Assembly (NCBI RefSeq): GCF_001447785.1 | Contig: NW_015164211.1 | Location: 298,012-362,011 of the forward strand | Reading direction: 5' to 3' | Length of the DNA stretch: 64,000 nt | Source: Gekko japonicus | Taxonomy: Eukaryota | Part shown: piece by piece, positions 35,500 through 49,559 of the stretch | Position numbering within the stretch: position 1 is the stretch's first letter | Layout: each line of letters opens with the position of its first letter | The notes under the pieces: model-generated | The model's input: the letters and a program-made list of their open reading frames with translations, nothing else | The model's database searches: none | What the model was told of the DNA's origin: nothing | Made by a program: the position numbers and the translations under genes

Positions 35500-36812
35500 C
35501 TAACAAATACAGAATACCAATTAGTATAACAATAGACACCTCATTCTTCTACAGTGCAGCTGGATAGTTTCACGCCTCTCAACTCTCCCATTTTTAAGGA
35601 ATCAAAATCATGAAGTCACCCACAATTTATATTAAAATACTCCAATTCTTGGAACACAGCTTGATGTTTATAGCCCAAAGACGATTCTACTTTAAGCTAA
35701 CACAGGAAATAGCACTATTACTCTAGAAGAAATCTGGTTAACTTTTCCTACGTAATAATCCAAAGAGTTACTCCTTTTGTGAATGTCCATCTTTTGGCTA
35801 TATAGTTCTAAGAAAGGCCAACATTGTGAAGATCTTAGCTAACCAAAACTTGGTTTCATGTGAAGAGGCAGGTCATGCAAAAACTGTACTTTTATTTTCT
35901 GTGTTCTATACATCCCTATCCCAATACCCTTGTCTTGTTTGTGCTTAGAATAAACATTTTTAAAAACGGATCTATCTTTGTTAAGTTTCCCTTGTTGTGG
36001 ATGACAGCAGAATGGGGGGATGACATTTATGGAGACAGAGGTGTGTGTGTGTGTGTGTGTGTGGCACCAAGGCTGGGGAAAATCTCTTCCTGCCAGATAG
36101 GCCTAGTTTCACAGCCAGAAGTGAAAACATGGGACGTCTTTGATATGTAGTGCCTCTCTATTGGCTGAACAGGTTCTGGTGGGCTGTTGCTCTCCATAAA
36201 GAGAAGATTGCTCTACATAAGGAGAACAGAAAACGACCTTTTCCTTCTGTGCACACACATGTGTGTGACTGCGGTGGAAGTATGACCATGCAAAGGACAG
36301 CATCTTCTTTACATATACACTCATTTCAATCTCCCAACAGGAAGCGGCGATCAGATGCTCAGGGTTTAGAAGTTCAAGTAGATAGCAATCTTTCTCCCTT
36401 TCATTTCTTTTATTGGTCTGCATCTTAGTCCTGAAATCTGTTTTTACTCTAGTTTTGCCAGTAGAATACAGCTTGTTTTACTTGAGAAGAACAATTGCCT
36501 TGATTTCCTACCTACCATGGTTCACATTATGAAAGTAGCCAATTTGAATATTTCTCCTGTCAAACGGGGGGGGGGGGGGGGGGGGAACCCCACTGAAGAG
36601 GGGGTTGGGGAGCACAGAATTCCTGCCGAGACAAGTGGGTTCTCTAACCAAAATGACTTCATCCCTAGCTTTGGAGCAGGGCTGTGTCTCTCTTGCTCAC
36701 TCAAGGCCTGTTTGCCTGAGCAGGGAGGGTGGCCTGTTGGGCTTTAGGGCAGAATTGTCACATCCCTCACCGGTCAGCTGCTCAGCACACACTCTAAGAA
36801 AAGTTGGGAGTG

Positions 36813-36867
36813 NNNNNNNNNNNNNNNNNNNNNNNNNNNNNNNNNNNNNNNNNNNNNNNNNNNNNNN
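36813..36867. other. Assembly gap, probable location of the missing exon 6
   Basis: 55 N; only gap between exons 5 and 7; poly-G runs on both sides. Confidence 0.9.
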
Positions 36868-37834
36868 CAAAACTTTATAACTTAAAGTCCCATTTGGGGG
36901 GGGGGGGGTTGATAGTGGAGTAAATTTTATGATAGTAGCGTGAAATTATCTTTGTTTTTTCAGGATTCAACTAACTCATTTCCTTTGCCAATATTTGTTT
37001 GGGCACATAGTTAACTGTGACCTGAGTTGTGTTGATACCTTGATTAACTGTTTGCTTACAGATTGACTGTTTGCTTACAGATGTGTTAAGACTCAGGAGA
37101 TGAGTTTTTGTCTTTGCAATTAGCTCAGGAAGGAGACTAGGTTGCTCTCTTGGATGTGTTAGACATTAGCTTAAGAAAATCCATTTGTTGCCTTTGTTAC
37201 AAACACTGACCATTTATTGTGGCTAGAATCTGAAATTCCTTTTGTCTTCTAAACTTGCTCTTCTGCCATTCTTACCCTTTGTTTTTATTCATTTTATTTA
37301 CTTCATTTATACCCCACCATTTTCTGCAATGGAAACCCAATGCAGCTTACAATGTTCTTCTCTCATTAATTTCATCCTCACAACAACCCTGTGAAGTGGG
37401 TTAGGCTGGGAGAGACTGACAGGCCCAAGATCATCCAGCAAGCTTCCATGGCAGATTGGAGATTTGAACCTGGGTCTTCCAGATCCTAGCTTGACATATT
37501 AACCATTATACCATGCAGCCGCTCAACAACAATAAAGCTATTCACTGAATGAATTAAAAAGGTCTAAGGCATTCATCCCAAACATGTTGTATGAAAAGCT
37601 GTGGTTGGGCATCTCACTCACCCACCATCACAGGCCAGTTTTGAAGAGGTCCCTTCATTTTTATGAGTGGCTTATCAAGCAGTGGCAGGTATACTTTAGA
37701 AGCCCCACTGCCCATGCAGAGTATACCATTTAGCACTTAATATTATGGCTGCAGTCTAAAATTGTCTAGCACAGCTACAACCAACACTCTGAAAGCTCAG
37801 CCCCAGAAGGTTTACTAGGGTGGGGATGAGTGAT

Positions 37835-39658
37835 TTTTATAGATATAATTTTTAATTGCTTTTTCACTACAAACTACAGGAATAGGGATACAAAGCTAAA
37901 CTAAGAATACAAAGCTAAACAAGGATCTAATACGATACAAAAGCTTGTTTCAAGGTTTTCTTCCATTTCACTCAATCAAGATGAAGGGTGAGATTATCTA
38001 TTTCAAAAATAAATCAGTATGAACAATATTAGCCAAAATAGGTGGGTTATGGTATTTTACGTTTAGTAGTATAAACCTTTCATCGTCCATGTTTCTTTTT
38101 CCCTTTACTCTTATCATAGTCCCAGCGGACTTTCAGAAGATTGGAGGCAGCTGCTCCCATATCAGATTCTGATCCTTCTGAGAAACTGTTCGATGAGCTG
38201 GTAGAATTTCACGATCTGTTTTCACTACTGTCTGTCTCTGCGTTGTCGTCTTCCACTTTCTCAGTTTTTTGATGTTTCTCCAGAAATGCTTTAGCTTTTG
38301 CAACAGAGTCTATCTTTTCTTTATTCTCCTTAAAGAATATTCCATGGAAAACACTAAAATTTACACGAGCAACCTCATATAAAGGTATCGTTCATTGGTA
38401 GGAAGTGGAATTTTTCTGCAAAAAAGTTGTCAGTTTTTTATAATGTTGTCTCCTCTTTCTTATCTCAAATTGAATGTCTTTCAAAATTCTTGTATCTTCT
38501 TTGATTTTTAGAGTAATTCCATTAGTCACTTTAAAAATTGCCTCTCTAATAGATCTCTTGGAGAATTTCACAAATATTTCGCCAGGCAGATTGTTTTCCT
38601 TGATATAGTCCAGATATGACCGATAGACCACATCCATCTCGCTTTGTAAAAACTCCGCTTTGAGATCTACTGCCGGTGCCAACAATTCACTTAAAGTCTC
38701 CTTGAGATTTTCACCTTTTTGCTCCAGAATACCCTGAAATCTCAGGATATATGAAGATTTTTTCCATTTGGAGTAATAATAATTGTTGTTTCTCAGAGTC
38801 TTTCGCTTTTTCCACTGCCTCCAGTCTCTGCTTCAACGCTTTTGTCTCATCATCAACTTTTGTCAACAATTTAGCTGTTTTTCCTGCTTTTGCATTGGTT
38901 TCTTTCAGCTGTTTTTGGAGAGATTCAGAGTTATTATTGAGCTGAGTCATCTGATCCAGTAGAGGGCACAATGCAGTAGCCAACATATTAGGGAAGTCTA
39001 TGGTTGCTTCCGACTTGGAAGCTGATGCTGCTGAGCTGGCAGTTCTGGAAGAAGGTCTTACTTTCAGTGCCATTTTTCAGCCCACTGTAGGATTGTTTAC
39101 TTTAGGAACAAGTTCAATGAAGTCTCTGAAAGTTTACTAAATCTCGCTGTTATTCCATTCTCCACTCTATTTGGGCTATATAATGTTTTTTAAATGGCTT
39201 CCCCCCCTCTACCTCTTAAAACCGCTTTTTTCTGTCCCAGGGTGAGACCAGCTCCACTCCCTCCGCTTTTAGCTTTGAAGTTTTGGGGGGAGATCACCCG
39301 CTTGAAAGTTTGCCTGATTTAAGGCCGCAAGAACTCACGCTTCATCGGTAGCTTGCTTGGAGAAGGTAGGGAAGCCTTCAAACGCTAGATTGCTTGTTCG
39401 CTCATCCCAGTGTACACCTCTGACACAATTACTGGTCTCGCAGTGGTGGGACCTCTCGGGGCAAAGAGGAGCCTCAATCCCTTGGCTTACGCCTTGGGAG
39501 CGGCACCTCTCGCACCCCAGGCTGCCTAGAACCCCCCTAACAGGGCCCGGGGGGGGGGGGGAATCAGCCTGTCTCCTTCCCGTCTGCTACGATCTGGATC
39601 GCACCTATTGGAGCTCGATAGGACGCATCCGTTCTTGAGTCGCCAAAACGGGAAGTCA
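37835..39658 (-). mobile_element. ORF1-only L1 derivative (HAL1-like)
   Basis: GC-rich 5'UTR starting GACTTCCCG; decayed L1-type ORF1 39073-38080; short 3'UTR with ATTAAA and A-rich tail; TSD GGGATGA(G/A)TGAT at 37823-37834 and 39659-39670. Confidence 0.8.
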
Positions 39659-41068
39659 GGGATGAATGATGTTGATGTGATCAAACAGCTGCTTCAGGTT
39701 TTGTAATGTACATTTATCAAAGAGTAATAGTTGAAGTACTATTATTGTAATAAATTTATGTCAACAGGGATTGAACAAGTATCATGTTAATTGTGGGAGC
39801 TTCTCCTTGGATATAAGGGTCCTCACAAACAGCTATTTGGATTTGCACACTGCATCATCAGCTGCAGCAGTCAATATTGCAGTTCTGGCTGATAACCAAA
39901 GTAATCTGAATTCAACACAATAGTGCCAGGACATGACACACCATCCTATTAGAGTAAGTGAATTTCCTTCCCCAATATTAATCAAACTGGAGATGTGCCC
40001 CTTTATCTACAGCAATTTACAGCTGCTGTGGGGAATGTTTTGAAAAACTTTCTAACTTGGATCCTGTGGCTGTTTGAACAGAAGGCGTGAATGGAATGGT
40101 GAGTAATCATCCATGGCCTTTCCATTCCCACAGCAGTCCCCGGAAACTCACAAAAGGCATTGCTGAGGTCATGGGACCCCCATGAAGAAAACTCCCCACA
40201 AACACAACATCCCTCCAGGGTGAGAAGGGAAGAGTCAGTCAAAGTGCCCCCTTTTAGTCTTGATCTGCCACACTTATTATGCCAAGCTGTCCAATGAAGC
40301 AAGAAAATGGTCTATTCCTGTGTTTGATAACTTTTTGAAACTGGGCTTGAGGGATCTCCGTAGCCAGAGAGCTGCTGTAGGAAAAGGAAGGCAGGGGAAA
40401 ACTCACCACCAGAAGCACCTTCCATTCATGCCACTAATCATGTTGAAGAGTATGTGATTGGTAACAAGACTCTGGTAGGTCTAGTAACTGAGTTAGGAAA
40501 CATTTGGAAGAGTATGTCTCAATTATCACAAAAGATTGTAGCAAGTCCAGAATTCCTGAGATCTCCTACCAGGATTTGTTATTTTTGCAGTTAATTAAAA
40601 ATGTGTAAGTTAAGAGAAGTGAAATTAAGTTACAGAGAAGAATTATACTATTAACAATGGAGGTCAGGCGCCGCTAGACTGGTATCTACACCTCCAATAC
40701 AAACATATATATATCTACTGTCTTGCTACAGTCTATATCCACATTTTAAGATGAATTGAGAAAAATCTTAAACAAAGGGCTTCAAGATGTGAGCAGCTGT
40801 CAGCAAGTATATGTAATATCACTGAAACTAGCCCCCACTACCACATTCTCAGCAGCAATTTAACTGAGAAGATCAGACGGGTTCCGTTTTGCCAGTTACC
40901 AAGCTAGAATAATAGACGCATCAGTGCCCTCAAGAAATACTTCACACTGAAAGCCTTTGAGCTTTAACAGGAAGATATCAAACAGTTCCTCAAATCTGAA
41001 TTGCAACTTTTCAACTCAAAACTAGCAGCAAGTACTCACTATGGTGTGTCTGGAGACTGCTTCCTTAC

Positions 41069-41256
41069 CTTCTGAGTTGAAGTTGCTGGAGCTGGTCCCT
41101 GTCTAGGCACAGGGAAATTGGATATTCCACTATAACTAGGTGTCCTTTGGTGCCCTGAAAGGCCCACAGCTCCAGGCTTTGCCACAGACTTTGAACGAGG
41201 GAGGGAGTTACTAGTTTGAGTCAGTGGATCCTTCTTTTTTGGAACAGCTCCACTTT
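41069..41256 (-). CDS. SPAST: Spastin exon 5 (188 nt)
   Basis: [63 protein letters not shown]. Confidence 0.97.
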
Positions 41257-43249
41257 CTGCAAAAAAATAAAAAATGTGTCACTATAAGATATACCAAACA
41301 GCTAGCAGCATCTTAGTCTGAAAAGAAGTGGTATCTTCAGCAAGCATAATGTCTCAGACAATGTCTTTTGAATGTACCCATTTATACAAATACTACCCAT
41401 GCAAGATATTTTTCTTGCTAGTCAAATTCTCAGAATATTTGTTTTCTACCTGCAATATTGGTAAAAACTAATTAGCCTTAGCAATTAACACAATTTCTGA
41501 TCAGCATCTACTGAGATTAAGCCCTATAGTTGTGTACATTTTTCTATTACAAACTGATGGTTAAGAACCACAAGGCATAGATGCCAACTAAACAATTAAT
41601 ACTATTGCTAGTAACTTATTCAGCTGATAATTCTCTTGTGAGAAAGTCATCCTCATGGTACACATCACCGTAATTCACTCTTCAGTATTATTGTGCAATG
41701 ATAGCACTTAGAATTAATTAGTTCTTCAGAGTGTTCATACACATACTTCGTTGGGAATCTGTCAAAAGCCCTGTAAGATAGTTCAGTATTATCCCCACCT
41801 AGCAGACCAGACCCTAAGACCACCTAGTGAGTTCAAAGCAGATGCAAAATTTCAACTGGAAATGTTTTAATTCATACCTCACATTTTTAGCCATTACCGT
41901 AGCTTGAGTTAAGACACTAGTTGACCAATAATCTCCACAGCATCCAATCAGTACTGAATTTTTAGAACATGAAGAGGCAGACAAAATGTCAACTGGACAA
42001 ACACAACTTACACCTAACCATACACTTCTAGCAAGTATTGCAATGTTAGTATTGCAATGCTAACCACAATGTAACCATTTATATCATCTGACAGAGAGCT
42101 GTGTTTCTCAAAAGCTTATGCTACAATAAAGTTTGTCAGTCTTAAAAGTGCTACTGGAGTTTTTACATTTCTATCACAGAAATACTGAAGGAATATTCTG
42201 ATTCGGTGACAGCACTGCTTTTTTTATGCTGCCTAAATAGTATTACATTGTTCAAGGAAATTCAGCTAACCTCTAACGGAACTCTGAAGTAAAATACACA
42301 TATTGCATTTGAAATAAACTTCTACCCAAGTCAAATTCTAGTGTATCTTTGGGTAGAAAAATTCCTTCAGAAATAGAAATATTTGTGGTGGCAGAAGTCA
42401 ACCTGTTCCTAAAATATGGAAAGCCTGAATGCACATTGTGGCATGAGGCAAAAATTTTTTTTAGGTAGATTACTCCCTTTGCCTTGCACATATTGAACAC
42501 CACACACCAGCACGGATTCTTTCTAATACTATAGTTTTAAAAAAAATTAATCAAAAAATGTTTGGAACCCAAGAAATTAGACAGCTAACAAACTTCTCTG
42601 AATTTTAAAAGAATTTCTAACATTTTTCTACCCCTTTTACTGTAATATAGGGTAAAAAAGCCTATATCCATGGAAAAATGACTTGGGTGGTTTTCTACCC
42701 TGGGTGTTTTGCGTACAAAAACTGAAGTCATAACTGGCCATGCTTCGGGGACAAAGCTGTACAGCCACTTTTCTATGCACTCTGCCAAAAAAGGACAACC
42801 ATGGGGATCTAGTTCACTCCACAATTAGAGTGTTTAAATATGCAGCAACATTTTAAGAGCACTCAGTCTTGTGCCTTCTCACTTAACACAATTCAGAAAT
42901 TTTACCCTTTAAGGGATATAAACAATTATACTTTGTTATCTTCTAATCATAGTTCAGTTTTTTCTAGTTTCAGTTACCAAGGAAACCCTTAAAAATCCAA
43001 CTATTTCTCAAACCATCAGGACCACTCTTCTCACTTATACACAATCCCCCTCTGACGTGACTCAAGCCTGAACAACAAAGCCAGTATATTCCTTGTGGCT
43101 TCTTCAGCCACAATAATGGAGGACAATACTGCTGATTCCCATCAGCAGCATTTAAAGTATTTAGCATAAGCTTGCTTTGAAATTATGTTGCACCCGCAAA
43201 ACTATGTTCAAATGTTTCACATGTACATAAAGTGGAAATTCTTAACTGA

Positions 43250-43778
43250 GGCTGCGGTCACACGTAACAGAAGCCACACAAGTGAGACGGAAAACAGCCG
43301 GAGTTTCCGGGCGCGATCTCACCAGCACATCTGGGAAGCGTAGCACTCCCGTGGCTCAACCGAGGCTTCCAGCCGAAACTGCGTGGCAAAAAACTAGTAC
43401 CTTGGAGGTACTAGTTTCCGGAAACTGCGGGGCAAGGGCGGGCGTCTGATCGCGTTTCCGGTGGCATCCGGCGCCCGCCCATGTCCCCTTGCAAATAAGG
43501 TGGTTTTTTTTGTCCAAGTCTCTGTGGATGCGCATGCGCACCCAACGGAGCATGCGCATTTGCCATGTACACAAAAATAAAAAAGTTTGCTGCAGCGCGC
43601 GCTTCTTCGTTGTGCGCCGGCTTGTCCTGTGATCGGCACCTCTCCCTTGCCATGGAACCTCCACGGTACCTCCACAGGACCTCCACAGGAGGTCTGATCA
43701 CTTAACTGCGCAGTAGTTTGCCCCAGGGCAAACAGCCACGCTTCTCCTCTGCAGTTTCCTGCCCGTGTGACCGGGGCC
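43250..43778. mobile_element. PIF/Harbinger-like CpG-rich MITE
   Basis: TIRs GGCTGCGGTCACACG / CGTGTGACCGGGGCC; 3-bp TSD TGA (43247-43249, 43779-43781); inverted relative to the 222-602 copy. Confidence 0.8.
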
Positions 43779-44144
43779 TGAGTTAATGATACATGCTAAA
43801 TACACAAAACAGCATTTGACAAAAATTGGTATTACGGCAGTAAATGTAACTGTTGCACATGAAATCTGAAGAAAACACAAATCAATTATGTAAAAAGGAA
43901 AAGCTTTTTCTTGCTTATTTATTGCATGCTGTGAAAATGTGTAGATGCTGTAATTTAAGGAAAGAAATGTGCTTGGCAGTCAAACTACACAGCCTCCCTT
44001 ATTTTCACCCAGATTTAAGAGGAAATATAAGATTGTGCAGAATGGGGACTGGTCTCCCAGATCCTAGTTCACTCTAACCGCTATATCAAGCTAGCTTAAA
44101 CCATTCCCAAATCAGCAGTGGACCTGCCAGAAAGGAAGAAAGTA

Positions 44145-44715
44145 CATAAGAACATAAGAACATAAGAGATGCCAATGTTGGATCAGGCCAAAGGCCCATC
44201 CAGTCCAACACTCTGTATCACACAGTGGCCAGAAATACCAGTGCCATCAGGAGGTCCACCAGTGGGGCCAGGACATTAGAAGCCCTCCCACTGTTGACCC
44301 CCCCAAGCACCAAGATGACAGAGCATCACTTGCCCCAGAGTCCCTATCTATACCTTGTGGCTAATAGCCACTGATGGACCTCTGCTCCATATGCTTATCT
44401 AATTCCCTTTTGAAGCCGTCCATGCTTGTAGCCACCACCACTTCCTGTGGCAGTGAATTCCAAGTGTTAATCACTCTTTGGGTGAAGAAGTACTTCCTCT
44501 TATCCGTTCTAACCCGACCGCTCAGCAATTTCATGGAGTGCCCACGGGTTCTTGTATTGTGAGAAAGGGAGAAAAGTACCTCTTTCTCTACCTGCTCTTT
44601 CCCATGCATAATCTTATAAACCTCAATCATGTCACCCCTCAGTCGTCGTTTCTCCAAGCTAAAGAGCCCTAAGCGCCTTAACCGTTCCTCATAGGGAAAG
44701 TGTTCCAACCCTTTT
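44145..44715 (-). mobile_element. CR1 LINE 3' fragment
   Basis: ORF 44361-44708 [28 protein letters not shown]...WNSLP; (CATAAGAA)n tail. Confidence 0.95.
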
Positions 44716-47584
44716 CACGAATGCAATGTACAAACACTTAACCACTACACCAAACTGGGATAAAGGGATAAACCAAATTTCAACCAATCTAGCAATTCAA
44801 TATTTAAGATGATTAGTTACACAATTATACACAAAATCTTGTCAAAACCTGAACTTTTAGTCACACCCACAGTGGAGTTGATCAGTCTTAATGCACTTTC
44901 ATTTCAAGTTGGCAGTGCTGCTGTCACTGAAATTTTTCTTGACTGCTACTTTTTAATTTCATCTGCTGCTCATGCACTACTGTTTGCCACCTCCCAATGA
45001 TTTCTTTGTTTCCAGTCTCTCAACTTCCCTGTTAACTTTGCACTACTGGACTGTTACTCAGTTCACAGAACTGCAGTTTTTGGCTGCACAGTCCAGGCGT
45101 CTGGGGTGTGGAAGTGCATCTCTTCAACCCCTTCACAGAAAAATCAAGGGGAGCCGTCTCCCCTGCAGGATCTTTTTTTCTCCATTCATTCCCCCAACCA
45201 TGCAACTGTCATTCTCCATCACCCATCACTCACTCTACTATCTTCCCATCTTCCTAGCAACCAAAGCTTCTCAGCAAGCAAGCTGCTTCATCTTCATCTG
45301 GCCATTCCCTATATAAAGTTTATTACATATAACTGAGAAGCAGCAGCAGGAACAGGAAGCTCTCAGGATAAACTAGCAAAAGCAACACTAAGCTTTCTAC
45401 ATTCTTTATCAATTTACCTTAGGTTTTGCAAAAAAGTAAACTAGACAAATTTTCCCCATTAGCCAGCCCTCCTCTGCCCTTTTCTCATATAGGGATTTCT
45501 AATACCTATAGATTTTTGCATCACTTGGGGCAAGGAAGGAACGCGAGACCTTTCCTAAATTAAGCATACAATTTCAATTTTAAAAAGTTTCTGAAGTATT
45601 ATTAGAATCTATTGTGGACATATACCAGTGCCCAAATTTATCCCACCGTGAAAACCTGCAAATACCCCAAGGATATAGTCCATTCTTCTGAAGAAACTTT
45701 TTATATAAAATGTATTTTCAAACATGGGGTACACATATTGTGCATACACAAAAACACACATGGGAAAGATTCACTGGCTGAACAGAAGGTGAATGTGGGG
45801 TATTTACTGAAGTAGACCAAAGGCTGTACTTTCTATAAACTAGCTACCACCTTCTAACTGCTGAAGAAAATGAAAAGAGGAAAGGTGGAGATGCCAGAAA
45901 GATTTTGCAACAGCTAACTGGAGACTGGTTACCTTTAAGGGGAGAATGTTTTAGTGCTCAAGTTCAGGCACTTTGTGGTTGAGGACACCAGGCTGTTGAA
46001 GCAATAGCTCTTAGTATTAATTTCAATTACTAGAACGTGCATGCTTTTAATCACCAGAGACACATTTCTTTCACACTGAGTCTTGAATGCCCCAGGGGGG
46101 AATTACAAGTGATCCACACGCCACCAACTGGATAAGCTATGAGTATAGTTGCAGTTTCTGCTTGTATGATTTTGAAAGACACCAGTTAAACAGTTCCTGT
46201 ATCATAAGCAACACGAATATGAAATAGTAGTAATTTTTATTTTTGCACATCACCTTGCACATGATTGGTGGAAAGGTGGTATCAAAGCTTTAAACAAAGA
46301 ATCTATACATTGCATTGTTATGCCATCCCTCCCTGATAAGGAGTGCAGGGTGGCATACACTGCGTTCCTTTCACCTTTTTCACCTTTTTTATCCTTACAA
46401 GATAAAAGTTGTTGAGAGAGAGAGGGGGACTGGCAGAGGGTCACCAGTGGCCTTCAATGCAAAGAGAGGAATATGTATCTCCCTAGAACTAGGCTGACAT
46501 TCTAACCATTACACCACACTGGCTCTAAACTGGCATTCTCAATACATTTTTAAGTACTTGAAGGTTAAGCATACACACACACATACTGTACTGCATACAT
46601 ATCCATGCAGCCCTCTAAAAAGGGAACACTTTGCAAGACTATGTCATTAACTCAGTTGTTCCTTTCTATCATTCAAAAGCCATTTTCTTTTAGTTTTGAA
46701 ACTGACTAGACCAGAAGCTGATGACCTAAAACCAAGTGAATTCAGCAGCTCCCTTAAACTGTACTGGACTAAAGAAAGCAGCAATTAACAGAACACACTT
46801 TTCTCCTGTAGCAAGCCTTGCCTGTTCTTTGCATTTGTATTATCAAACTACTGCTACCAGATCAGAGCTAGTATCAATATTGCACTAAGGGATCCTTGGT
46901 TGCCTGTATACATCCTAAGACACTTTGATCAACAGCAGTTACCAAAAATACAGAATACTTCTAGCAAGGTAGCTATTAATCTTCTGCAGCCCAAGCAGAC
47001 AGGGAACTGTTTCTATCAAGCGATTACTGTCCCATATTACACTTAACTAAATGACCATTCTCAAGTGAGGCTTATTAAAATCTTAGAATATAAAGTCTTT
47101 GTAAAAGATCTATAAAAACCTAAATAGCAGCTTTTCAGGTAAAAATAATTAGTACCAAACATTAAGTAAAGAAACATGTCTTCAGATAATATAGTTTAAG
47201 TTGTGTATTCAATAGTACCAACAGAGATTCATCTTACACTTTATAACAGCCTATGAACCTATCACCTTATTTCTTGATGCTACATTCTATAAGGACTATC
47301 GTTAACTGCTGACTTAAATTGCCTTTAATTACTAGAAATTAATGCCTTTCCTTTGCAAATATTTCATTTTAAAATGCAACTAACTTAAAAAATACAGTAA
47401 GGAAAACAATTTAGCAAGAACAATGTTAAGACATTAAAAAAATGGAATGTACTAACCTTCAAATAGAAAACCATTTTAAATAGATCAGGGGCAGGCAATT
47501 TAGCACTGCAAGAATTCTCTATAATATATCAGATATTGATAGACATCCCCTTAGTTAATTAGGTGCTGGTAAAACCAAACCCAC

Positions 47585-47680
47585 CTGACTGGAGATGTCC
47601 ATTGCGGCATACCAGGTTAGTACTGTCACTATAGACTTCCATTTGCGGCTTGGGAATTTGCTTAACTGCCTGCATCTTCG
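47585..47680 (-). CDS. SPAST: Spastin exon 4 (96 nt; symmetric exon, alternatively spliced in mammals)
   Basis: [32 protein letters not shown]; weak donor gtgggt. Confidence 0.95.
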
Positions 47681-49559
47681 CTATGCAACAAAACAGAGGG
47701 GGGAAAGGACAAACAAAAAACAAAAAATGAACCAATGAAAGTTAGGTATACTCATCACACCAAAATGACTGCCTTCAGTTGACTCAATATGGATTAAAAG
47801 TACAAAGCATGCATTTAATGTTCACTATGTTATGAATTTACAAGAACATTTAATAAATGAAGTACTATTTTGAAAAGGTATGAACTGCAGTCAGTAACTG
47901 ACTCAGGAGTAACAATGCAAAAGACTGGTGGGAAACTTTTTGATGCAGTGTGCAAAGACTCAATCTATGGGAAAGGGAGGAATGAGAGAATTTAGCACAA
48001 ACTGGTACAAGAAGCAACCAGACTTCATTGTTGCATTAAGCTTTACTGGGGAATATCTGTGGGTAATATTAATAAACTAGTCGATATCTTACTGTTAATA
48101 CTATGATGCAAAACATTTATGTCATTCTGATTCCTATAAACTGCAACACAGTCTTTCATCAAACAAGCTGTGCAGTAATCCTCCTTTCTGGTAATTCAAA
48201 TCTCAAACTATAAGTATTGGTACAGAATTATTGGGCTAGATCCTGTGCTCTGGTCCACTAACAGAAAAACCTTCTTCTAGCACCAGAGGATGTTAGCAGA
48301 GCACAGGATCCAACCATCTATGTTTAACACTGGACGACACTCCCCAAAGAGAGTACAGCACTGCTATACAATTAGTGGATAAGGAAAGTTAATCCTTTCT
48401 GTCACTTAATGAGCATGAAAAAATAATGAGAAATATCCTAATAAATTATGCTGTTTCTCCCATAGTCACTGCTTGTCATGTTTCTGAAGGACTTTAAATT
48501 CTGGCATGCTTTGTATACTAAACATCCCCCTGAAAGTGACTGGCCAGCGACAACAGTTGTTAGCTTCTTATTCAGGAATCTTATATTCAATAGTTTGAGG
48601 GAATAAAGCCAGTCGCCACTTTTATATTGCAAACATCTGCTTTCAAGACATAATTATTTTTCAAGTGGCTGACACAAATGTATGTCTTAACATCTATAGT
48701 TCCTTAACTTATTCAGCACACACACACAAGTCCTGTCTCTTCTCTGATCCTTTTATTATGCACACTTGTGCACTTCTAGAAAGACTATTACCGCAACCAA
48801 ATATTATAACAGAATTGCCTTTAAAGAGGAATAAATGCAGTTTGCAACACAGATATAATTTTCTTCCTAAACTCTCAAAGAGCAAGTTTATAAAGAAATG
48901 GAGGGCTATTACAAAAAAGAAAGAGTAGGTCTATCATCTAGGCCTTGCAGTGTATTGTTATCTAATTATCTTAGGCAAGAAAAAAGGTTAAATAAATTCT
49001 TTCATGACATCTTAAAAACACACCTGCATGAAGTGATATACTTCATAAAGGATAACAAGAGGCTTACAACAAAACATTTAGCTAGTTATTTCTCATCTGT
49101 GTATAAAACTAAGCATCCCATAATTCCTTGGAGTCTCATCCTCTCACCACCACCCTCTTCCATGAGCAGGATACCGCTCTACCTCCTTAGGCCCTGTGTT
49201 TGAGGTTTCACCTCCAAGCTATAAGGTAGCTAGCATCACTCTTACATCTTGAGTCTCAAGGCAGAACTATGTGTTCCATATAATTCCATATTAATACTTT
49301 TTTTAAAAAAAATTATACAGTCCAGTTACGGAGGTTGTGACTTAAAGGGGAAAGGCTGCATAAGGCCCTCCACCCTGCTTTCCTGTTAAATATTCTCACT
49401 GCTGGAAGAAAAGCTGTGTTCTGTAATCTTCAAAATAATTTTTTTGGACAATCTGGAAAAAGATGATGATGAGGAGGAGGAGGAGATTGGATTTATACCC
49501 TGCCCTTCACTACCCGAAGGAGTCTCAGAGCAGCTTACATACAAGTTCTGCTCTTGGTA

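Noticed and set aside
36510-36560. Minus-strand KLATFIM with a nearby gtagg donor as a diverged exon 6
   Set aside because: Only weak resemblance to NLANLIM; followed by a stop; lacks the RKKK and NVD motifs; probably chance
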